Assembly: GCA_049664225.1 (NCBI GenBank)
Contig: JBATEX010000057.1
Span: 15,369 to 79,368 of the forward strand
Direction: 5' to 3'
DNA from: Thermoanaerobaculia bacterium
GTDB taxonomy: Bacteria; Acidobacteriota; Thermoanaerobaculia; Multivoradales; JAHEKO01
Length of the DNA stretch: 64,000 nt
This document shows, piece after piece, positions 1 to 7,156 of this stretch (position 1 is its first letter; every line of letters begins with the position of its first letter). The notes beneath the pieces are model-generated. The model saw only the letters and a program-made list of their open reading frames with translations. It did no database searches and had not been told where the DNA came from. The translations under genes and the position numbers were made by a program.

Positions 1-840
1 CAGCCCAATAACCGCCGCCATGAGGTGCTCGATCCGCTCTGGCCGCCTGGGATCGAGCCAGTGAGCGGCAGCGTAGCCCCCCAAGAAGCCCCCGAGGTGG
101 GCGAAGTTGTCGACTCCAGGCATGATGAAGCCGAAGACGCCGAGGAAGATCGCCCACATCCAGGCCTGCTGCCCGACAGCCGTGCTGCCTCCTCTCCTGC
201 CGTAGAGCACCAATGCGCCGAGGAGGCCGAAGATGGCGGCCGAGGCACCGATCGTGAGATTGGCCCCGCGAAGAAAAGACGGCAGGAAAGTCAGATAGGC
301 CCCTGCAAAGCTGCTGAGAAGAAAGCCAGCGGCTCCCGCCACCAGATAGATGACTACCATGCGACCGGCACCGAAAATCCGACTCGTGGCGGGCGCCAGC
401 TGGCGGACCCACATCATGTTGAACAGGATGTGAAGCAAGCTGCCGTGCAACCAAGATGCCGACAGCACCGTCCACCAACGATCGTACCGGAAGACCGGAA
501 CTGCACCGCTGGCGCCGAACAGGAAGAGGCTTTCCACACTCGGCGACAGCATCGAGAACAGGCTCTTCATTCCGATCGCCGACGGATTGACCAGCAGGGT
601 CAGAACATAAAGCACGACGCAAGCGGCAATGATGAGGCGAACGAATCCGAAGTCGTCTCCCAGGCTCTGAAAGAACCGAGTGTAGCCCCAGAGGCCGGGG
701 TTGCCACGGCCACAATGAGGGCATTTCTCCTCCTGCACTCCGACCAATCGACCACAAGAAGGGCAGACTACCGATCCACTGGTCTGTCGTTTCAGCACTT
801 CGCTGGCCTTATCTGGTGGCTCACGACCCCTCCTCCTCAT
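1..840 (-). CDS. rhomboid family intramembrane serine protease with N-terminal zinc ribbon (3' end lies beyond window start)
   Basis: Absent from the ORF track because there is no stop inside the window. My minus-strand translation from the ATG at 840 gives MRRRGREPPDKASEVLKRQTSGSVVCPSCGRLVGVQEEKCPHCGRGNPGLWG (CxxC..CxxC), then a TM-rich body. Rhomboid motifs present: SWLHGSLLHILFNMMW, GASAAIFGLLGA (GxSxxxxG) and FAHLGGFLGGY. Plus-strand ORF 25..885 is its antisense shadow. Confidence 0.8.
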   Translation of the reverse strand, partial: MRRRGREPPDKASEVLKRQTSGSVVCPSCGRLVGVQEEKCPHCGRGNPGLWGYTRFFQSLGDDFGFVRLIIAACVVLYVLTLLVNPSAIGMKSLFSMLSPSVESLFLFGASGAVPVFRYDRWWTVLSASWLHGSLLHILFNMMWVRQLAPATSRIFGAGRMVVIYLVAGAAGFLLSSFAGAYLTFLPSFLRGANLTIGASAAIFGLLGALVLYGRRGGSTAVGQQAWMWAIFLGVFGFIMPGVDNFAHLGGFLGGYAAAHWLDPRRPERIEHLMAAVIGL

Positions 841-1069
841 CCGCCTCAGCCTCGGCCTCTTCCAGGGCCTGCACGATCTGGGTGACCTCCACCTCGGCTC
901 GTCGTATCTTGCCGCGACACAGCTCCAGGAGCTCGGCCGCGACTTTGAGCTGATCCGCCAGTTCGTCGATATCGATCTCTTCGGCTTCGACCCGATTCAG
1001 GATGCCTTCCAGCTCCTCGATGGCCTCGCCGAATCGGAGATCTTCCGGTGCCTTCTTCTTCGGACTCAT
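821..1069 (-). CDS. xseB: exodeoxyribonuclease VII small subunit
   Basis: 82 aa. FGEAIEELEGILNRVE...IDIDELADQLKVAAELLELCRGKIRRAE is the typical XseB helical hairpin. Overlaps the xseA stop by 4 nt. Confidence 0.9.
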   Translation of the reverse strand: MSPKKKAPEDLRFGEAIEELEGILNRVEAEEIDIDELADQLKVAAELLELCRGKIRRAEVEVTQIVQALEEAEAEADEEEGS

Positions 1070-2433
1070 GTTTCCTCCACCTGGCTAACGAGAACGCCTC
1101 CCGCGAGATGACTTGTGATTCTCTCACCGGCGACCACCTCCTCGGGCTGGCGCAACAACTTGCCCTTGGAGTCGCGAGTCACCGAGAAGCCCCTCTCGAG
1201 AGTTCGTTCCGGCGACAGCTGCCGACAAAGACGTTGCCAACCCTCGACGACAGCCCGTTTCTCACGCAGGCTCGCAGCGGCCTGAACGGCGATTCTCTCG
1301 GCCAGGCGATCTGATGTGTGACGGGCTGCGGCCAGACTGCGAGGGCCTGCATCGGCAAGCTGTACCAGCAGGGCTCTGAGCTTGCGATCCTGCCCTTCGA
1401 CGCTCCACTGAGCGACCCGTGGCAGAACCTCGGATAGCCGCCCCAGTCGGGCTGCTGCAGTTGCGATCCGATGGCGCACGAGGCCCAGACCTCTCTGAGC
1501 CCTACCCAGCGACTCACGCCCCTGCCGCAGCAGTTCCAGTGAATGCCGGGCCAGCGCGGCTCGGAGCTCCACCAGCCGCCGCTCTTCCGAGGCCACCCGC
1601 GTCACGAGGAACTCTGCCGCCTTGGTAGGAGTCTTGAAGGCGGTGTGGGCGACCAGGTCGGCGATGGACTGATCGATCTCGTGACCCAGTCCAGTGAGCA
1701 CTGGAACCGGTGCCTGGGCCACGGCTTCGGCGATTCCCTGGCTATCGAACACGGCCAGATCAGCACGTGAGCCGCCTCCCCGAATCAAGACGGCACAGTC
1801 GACTGGCAGGGAAGAGAGCATTGCGAGGGCCGAGGTGACCTCCCTTTCTGCCGCCTTGCCTTGGACAGTGGCGTGGATGAAGTACACCTGGAAACCGAAC
1901 CCGCTCTCCTCCAGGGAACTCAGGAAGTCGTGGTAGGCGGCGCTGCCATCGGAAGTAATCAGCGCCACGCGCAGCGGCAGCTTGGACAAGGTCTTCTGAC
2001 GGTTGAGCTCGAGCAGGCCTCTCGCCACCAGGCTGTCCAGAACCTCTTTCCGGCGCCGAGCCAGCAGTCCCGCCGTAAATACCGGGTCCACCTCCCTGAC
2101 CACGAGTTGCAAACGGCCGAAGGGTGGATAGAAGTCAACCACCGCCCGACAGCGCATGGTCTGCCCCTCGCTGATCTCGAGACCTGCCTTGGTGAGCTGC
2201 TGACGAATTCGATGGTGATCCGAGCGCCAGGCGACGGCCTCCAACTTACCCGTGATCTGATCGTCGTCGCCCTTTTCGACAAGCTCGAAATAGAGATGTC
2301 CGCGCTGACTGGCCCTTACCCGATTCACCTCTCCCGCGACCCAGACCTCGGAAAAGGCCTCCTGCAGAAAGTCCCGCAGGTCTGTGCACAGCTGTGAGAC
2401 CTTGTAGGTCTCCTCCTGAAATGGCAGGCTCAG
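1066..2433 (-). CDS. xseA: exodeoxyribonuclease VII large subunit (start codon uncertain)
   Basis: ORF track 1066..2328 (420 aa) matches the XseA body. In-frame codons upstream of the GTG at 2328 encode YKVSQLCTDLRDFLQEAFSEVWVAGEV, the conserved XseA OB-fold lead-in, so coding continues past 2328. There is no ATG, GTG or TTG in frame before the stop at 2485-2487. The CTG at 2433, preceded by GGAGAG, is only a provisional start. Confidence 0.85.
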   Translation of the reverse strand: MSLPFQEETYKVSQLCTDLRDFLQEAFSEVWVAGEVNRVRASQRGHLYFELVEKGDDDQITGKLEAVAWRSDHHRIRQQLTKAGLEISEGQTMRCRAVVDFYPPFGRLQLVVREVDPVFTAGLLARRRKEVLDSLVARGLLELNRQKTLSKLPLRVALITSDGSAAYHDFLSSLEESGFGFQVYFIHATVQGKAAEREVTSALAMLSSLPVDCAVLIRGGGSRADLAVFDSQGIAEAVAQAPVPVLTGLGHEIDQSIADLVAHTAFKTPTKAAEFLVTRVASEERRLVELRAALARHSLELLRQGRESLGRAQRGLGLVRHRIATAAARLGRLSEVLPRVAQWSVEGQDRKLRALLVQLADAGPRSLAAARHTSDRLAERIAVQAAASLREKRAVVEGWQRLCRQLSPERTLERGFSVTRDSKGKLLRQPEEVVAGERITSHLAGGVLVSQVEET

Positions 2434-2473
2434 GACGCATTCTCTCCGTCGAGCAACGGTGACCCCGCCGTCA

Positions 2474-3022
2474 TCAGTGATAGCTCACGAGATCGTCCGA
2501 GGATTCGAGGGGAATTGCCTGGGCCCAGGCCGCTGCTTCCTTTTCGCCGAGCGTGAGCTTGCTGAGGAATTCCTCGGCCTCCTGACGATCGTGGAAGAGT
2601 CGCCAGATGAAGGTATGACCTGCTGGCGCCGTGAAGTAGGTGTATCGCTTGGCACTTTCCGTGAGCTCGAATCCGAGGTCTGTTTCACCATTCACACCGA
2701 CACAGGCGATGGCAATCGCCCGGTAGGCCAAAGCCAGGGCCTTGAGAGCGTCTTCATAGTCCACCAACTCTTCACGCGACAATGGGGTATGGTAGATGGA
2801 GACGCGAGTTGCATCCTCTTCGGCCAAGAGGTTGTAGGGTACGTCGGTACGATCCATTGCCTCGCGGGTCTCTTCCGTCGTCACGAAGACATCTTCCGTG
2901 CCGCTGACCTTGTAGGTAATGGCAAACACATCGTCATCGATGTCCGCGAAAGCCTCTGCCAGCATGCTTTCGTCTTCGATCGTAAAATAGTAGAGGCTGT
3001 TGATTAGTCGTCGAGTCGTCAT
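2474..3022 (-). CDS. hypothetical acidic protein
   Basis: ORF track 2474..3067. I prefer the ATG at 3022 (MTTRRLINSLYYF) because AAGGAG lies about 11 nt upstream. Very D/E-rich, no TM segment, no motif I recognise. Its stop is about 40 nt upstream of xseA on the same strand. Confidence 0.6.
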   Translation of the reverse strand: MTTRRLINSLYYFTIEDESMLAEAFADIDDDVFAITYKVSGTEDVFVTTEETREAMDRTDVPYNLLAEEDATRVSIYHTPLSREELVDYEDALKALALAYRAIAIACVGVNGETDLGFELTESAKRYTYFTAPAGHTFIWRLFHDRQEAEEFLSKLTLGEKEAAAWAQAIPLESSDDLVSYH

Positions 3023-3245
3023 TTGGATTTCATCTCCTTCGAGAGCCCCGGTCGGGTGCTTGTTCACCGCCTCTTCAAGGAGTGATTGAACACCGGTAGA
3101 GTCAGCTAGACGTGTCGAATCGGCCCCGAAAGACCGACCTTACACTATACCAGAGACTCCTCTGGGAGGTTCTCTCCTGTCGAGTCGACTCCTCGCAGCC
3201 CAACACAGGGGATATGCCAGCGAAGACCTTCGGGAGGCGCCCGAC

Positions 3246-6200
3246 GTGACCGCCGCCAGATCCAGGAAGAACAAGAAGGAGCAGCCCTTCGACTTGAGGC
3301 TGCCAGGGGCTGTTCTGAGGATCTGGCCCGAGCGGAGCACCTCGGCCCGATCTGACAAGCCGCCCCGCCTCGAAGACTTGCTCCCCGACCTGCCAGGACT
3401 TCACCGGCTCGACTCGGGCATCGCGGTCATCACGCCGGAGGCCCCCGATCCGGCGCCAGTCGATACCGCGGTTCACCTCGGCCTAACCCTGGTAGACAGT
3501 TTGCAAAGAAGGCCCTCCCCCGCCGGGTCGAAGGGTCCCAGAGTCCTCATCTCACCCGGTGAGGTCCTCTTTCGGCAGGGCTTGCCATCGCTGACAGTCG
3601 ACGCCGTGGGAGAGCACGTGGAGGCCTGGGCCGGGAACCTCCAACCGGGCCGAGTGCACATAACGGGTTGGGCAGCATGCATGCTCGAGGAGCCCCGAGA
3701 CCTTTCACCGAGCTCGGTCACTGCCGAGCTCCTAGGTGGCTCCATCCCGGTCTTCGAAGTCGGTTCTTTGCAGCGCGTGGGGGTCCCATGGCGAAACCCC
3801 GAGTTGCTCAACCGTCGCCTCAGACCTCTACCGCGGACGGCTCTGTTCAACTCCGTCAAAGATCATCTGAACGTTCCAGCATGGCGTGTCGAGGGAGTCC
3901 TGGGATGCGGCAAGAGTCGGCTGGTCTTCGAGGTGCTCCTGAATACGGGTACTCCAGCTTTGTGGCTCCGAGCTCGACCAACTCGGCGGCGAGGTGGATC
4001 ACTGGCTCGTCAGATCGCCGAGCAGTTGCTGGCGCCGTCTCCGCCCTCTCCGTCACTCCTCCTCCTGCCCAATATCCGCGACGTAAAGGTCCAGGATGCG
4101 ATCCACGCCTTGCTTCTTGCTGACGATGTCGATGACAAACTGGCGCTGATGGAACAGCTCCCCACGATCCTGGCGCGGATCTCAGCGAGTCTGTCGAGCC
4201 CTCTCTACCTGGTCGTCGACGATGTCGAACAGATCGACAGCCGCGACTCGAACTTCATCCAGAACCTTTTGGATCACCCCCAGCTTGGCAAGGGATTCCA
4301 TCTTCTTCTCGTAGGCCGAGGCGGCCTGGCGCTGGCCCCTGCGATGCACCAACTGCCGACCCTGCCGGTCCATCCCTTCGATGAGTCCGAGATGGAGAAC
4401 CTCGCCGAACAACTGTTCAAAGGGCTGTCGCTTCCAGATTCCGTCGAAGGGCGCCTGCGGGAGACAACGCAAGGCTATCCGTTCGCTTTGGAAGAAGGGA
4501 TGGTGGCTTTGATCCGCGAGAAGAACCTGCGTCGGGTCTACGGCAGCTTCTTTTTCGCCGGAGTCGAATCGATCGACTTCAAGCCCTCTGCACGCCTGGT
4601 TTGTCACCTCGTTGCCGAGGCCGCGCGACTCGAGGCACTACTTCCGCTCCAGCTGCTTTCTGCAGTAGGTGGATCTGTACCACCGGAGAGTCTCGACGCG
4701 GCCGCCAAGAGTCTCGGCACTTCCCCTCCCACGACATGGGAGTTCGCACCGGTGGCGGCGGGTCTTCTCCACTCCGTCACCACACCCTGGGGACCGGGAG
4801 TCGAGCTCACCTCGCCAGCGTACTCCGTCGCACTCCGACAGAGCCTGGCTCCGGAAACCACCGAGCAGGCCCGACACCTCATGGGCCAGGTGTTGGCCGA
4901 CAGTAGCCTTACTGGCGAAGCACACTGGCAGTCCTACGGTCTTTTGAAGGGCACGCGGGAGGGTCTCGAGTCGCTGATCCAAACGCTCAAGACACCCCAC
5001 GCCGCCAGGGTACCGGCGGACCAGATGCTGGACACCCTGGACGACGAGCTGAGGTCGCTACGAAAGCGTCGAGGCAGCACCAACGCCGAGCTCGAGATCC
5101 TCTGGCGGCTCTTACCCCTCGCCAGAAAGCAAGGCCGCCTTCACGAGTACGAGAGCGAGTTGGCTCGCGCGGTCGATTTGGCCTCGGGCCATCCCAGTCG
5201 CTTGCTGGCGCTGGCTGGACTCAAGGGAGAGATGGATCGAGAGGCCGGTCGCTACCAGGCGGCCGAGACGACGATCCGTCTGGCGCTCTCAGCCGCTCAG
5301 GGCGCCGACGAACGCCGGCAGGCCCTGCTACTGATTCAGCTGGGGAGGCTGCATCTGGACCAGGAGCGCTTCGAGGAAGCCAAGGAGCTGTTCGAGAAGC
5401 TCGATGTCACACTTGAACGTCGGGGTGCCACGGCCCTATGTGCCGCCTGTAGGTATCATCTTGGGAACATCGCTGCCCAGGAGAACCGGCTGGAAGAGGC
5501 GCTGGAGCTCCACCAGGAGGCGCTGGTAGAGAGGCGTAAGCAGGGAATCCAGCGAGCCGCGGGCAACTCGCTGACCGCTTTGGGGGCTGTCTATCTGGCA
5601 ATCGGCAACTACCCTTCGGCCCTGGAGAGTTACCGCGAAGCTCAGGAACTCCTGGAAGAGTATGGCGCCGAAGAAGATGTGGGATTTCCGCTTCTCGGCC
5701 TGGGCAAGGTCTTCAACCGCCTGGGCGACTACACGGCCGCCTCCAAGCCTCTCAGGCTGGCCCTGTCGCTCAGGCAAGGCAAAGACGAAGTAGCAGGCGA
5801 GGCGGTTGCAAGACTGGCGGTCGCCGAGAACCATCTCTTCCTGGGGCAGCACGACAAGGCACTCGAGGAAGCCACGGATGCTCAATTCAAGCTGAACGTC
5901 ATCTCGCGGAAGTCCCTGCTGGCCGACGCCGAGCTCTTGCTTGGACGAATCGGTCTTCAGCAGCGCAGGTTCGACTCGGTTCTCGAGCACCTCTCCTCGG
6001 CCCTCGAAGTCCATCGGGAGGTGGGAGACGACGAGGCCGTCGGTTTCGATCTCGCCATGCTGATTCGCTTGGCGATCAACACAGAAGAGATCGAAGAAAC
6101 CGCCCAGTGGTCAGATCAACTGCTCGAGCACCTCCAAAACCTGCCCAGAGCCGAGCTCCTAGAGGAGATCCAGTTCGGTTTGTACCGTGGACTGACGTGG

Positions 6201-6401
6201 CTCCGCGAACGTGGCGCGGAAGCGGCAGACCCTCTACCCCATCTACAGAGCGCCTACCGGGAGATCCTGCGCAAGGCCTCGCACCTGGAGCCGCAACGGC
6301 GCCATCATTTCCTGTTTCAGATTGCAGAGCACCGAGAGATCCTCGAAGCCGGGACCCATGCGGGGCTGCCTCTCGACCTGGACCTTTCCCTGGAACCCTG
6401 A
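3246..6401 (+). CDS. STAND-type P-loop NTPase with C-terminal TPR repeats (regulatory ATPase)
   Basis: 1051 aa. Walker A GVLGCGKSRLVFEVL and Walker B-like LYLVVDDVEQID. The C-terminal half is built of TPR-like repeats, e.g. GNSLTALGAVYLAIGNYPSALESYREA and LLGLGKVFNRLGDYTAASKPLRLAL. The GTG start is taken from the ORF track and is unverified. Confidence 0.75.
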   Translation: MTAARSRKNKKEQPFDLRLPGAVLRIWPERSTSARSDKPPRLEDLLPDLPGLHRLDSGIAVITPEAPDPAPVDTAVHLGLTLVDSLQRRPSPAGSKGPRVLISPGEVLFRQGLPSLTVDAVGEHVEAWAGNLQPGRVHITGWAACMLEEPRDLSPSSVTAELLGGSIPVFEVGSLQRVGVPWRNPELLNRRLRPLPRTALFNSVKDHLNVPAWRVEGVLGCGKSRLVFEVLLNTGTPALWLRARPTRRRGGSLARQIAEQLLAPSPPSPSLLLLPNIRDVKVQDAIHALLLADDVDDKLALMEQLPTILARISASLSSPLYLVVDDVEQIDSRDSNFIQNLLDHPQLGKGFHLLLVGRGGLALAPAMHQLPTLPVHPFDESEMENLAEQLFKGLSLPDSVEGRLRETTQGYPFALEEGMVALIREKNLRRVYGSFFFAGVESIDFKPSARLVCHLVAEAARLEALLPLQLLSAVGGSVPPESLDAAAKSLGTSPPTTWEFAPVAAGLLHSVTTPWGPGVELTSPAYSVALRQSLAPETTEQARHLMGQVLADSSLTGEAHWQSYGLLKGTREGLESLIQTLKTPHAARVPADQMLDTLDDELRSLRKRRGSTNAELEILWRLLPLARKQGRLHEYESELARAVDLASGHPSRLLALAGLKGEMDREAGRYQAAETTIRLALSAAQGADERRQALLLIQLGRLHLDQERFEEAKELFEKLDVTLERRGATALCAACRYHLGNIAAQENRLEEALELHQEALVERRKQGIQRAAGNSLTALGAVYLAIGNYPSALESYREAQELLEEYGAEEDVGFPLLGLGKVFNRLGDYTAASKPLRLALSLRQGKDEVAGEAVARLAVAENHLFLGQHDKALEEATDAQFKLNVISRKSLLADAELLLGRIGLQQRRFDSVLEHLSSALEVHREVGDDEAVGFDLAMLIRLAINTEEIEETAQWSDQLLEHLQNLPRAELLEEIQFGLYRGLTWLRERGAEAADPLPHLQSAYREILRKASHLEPQRRHHFLFQIAEHREILEAGTHAGLPLDLDLSLEP

Positions 6402-6406
6402 GCTCT

Positions 6407-7141
6407 TCACTGTCGACCCAAGTAGCTGTCGAGCTGATCTCTTTCGAAGACGGTCAGCTTCGATGCTTCGATGAAGTACGTCTCACCCGACTCCGGCATG
6501 GGCAAGCGGACTACGGAGAGCAGCCGCTCGAATCCTTCGCATTCGGCATCGCTGCCCGGGGCGAAGAGTGCCAGACCCCGACAAAGAGTGACCATTTGCC
6601 CGGCTAGCCGACTCTTGACCCGAACCTCGATGAAGCGCGGCAGCCTCTCGGCCACGACTCGATAGCCCAATTCTTCGCGGGTGATCGCGAACTGCCCTTC
6701 GATCGAGGTCTCCTGTTCGGGCAGCTCGACGAAATCGGTCATCTGAGCTGGCAGGCCAGCAACTTCGAGATCGGCCTGCAACTCTGCCTCGCCCTGGAAT
6801 CGGGCTGTCAGTCGGGCTCCGTGGGAGATGCCCTCTACTGGCCAAAGAAGAAGCTGGTGACTTGACACCTCCAGAACCGGATTCGTCGAATGGAGCTGAA
6901 TGAGGATGGCCCCCTGCTCGATCGGAGCGATATCGGCCGGCAGATCCCGGTGGATGCCGTCGATCCGGTCCGACTCGAGCACCGCGGAATTCTCCGGTAC
7001 ATTCGTCTCCGCCTTCACCGGCTGCGACGAAAGCGATGCCAGCAGCATCCAGACCACGATCGGCGGCCGGCTCTGCTCCCATCGGCGTCGGGAGAGTTTC
7101 GCAAAGAGATTCTGTTGCATAGGTCTGTCGACCACCATCAC
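6407..7141 (-). CDS. hypothetical secreted protein
   Basis: 244 aa. The hydrophobic N-terminus IVVWMLLASLSSQPVKA looks like a signal peptide. Starts 15 nt downstream of the VWA gene on the same strand. The alternative frame 6483..7148 is R/G/A-rich junk. Confidence 0.6.
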   Translation of the reverse strand: MMVVDRPMQQNLFAKLSRRRWEQSRPPIVVWMLLASLSSQPVKAETNVPENSAVLESDRIDGIHRDLPADIAPIEQGAILIQLHSTNPVLEVSSHQLLLWPVEGISHGARLTARFQGEAELQADLEVAGLPAQMTDFVELPEQETSIEGQFAITREELGYRVVAERLPRFIEVRVKSRLAGQMVTLCRGLALFAPGSDAECEGFERLLSVVRLPMPESGETYFIEASKLTVFERDQLDSYLGRQ

Positions 7142-7156
7142 CGGACAAGTCCCGGC

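Noticed and set aside
25-885. 286-aa plus-strand ORF at the window start
   Set aside because: It is R/A/E/P-rich low-complexity sequence. The opposite strand encodes a clean rhomboid protease with catalytic motifs, so this is an antisense shadow ORF typical of high-GC DNA.
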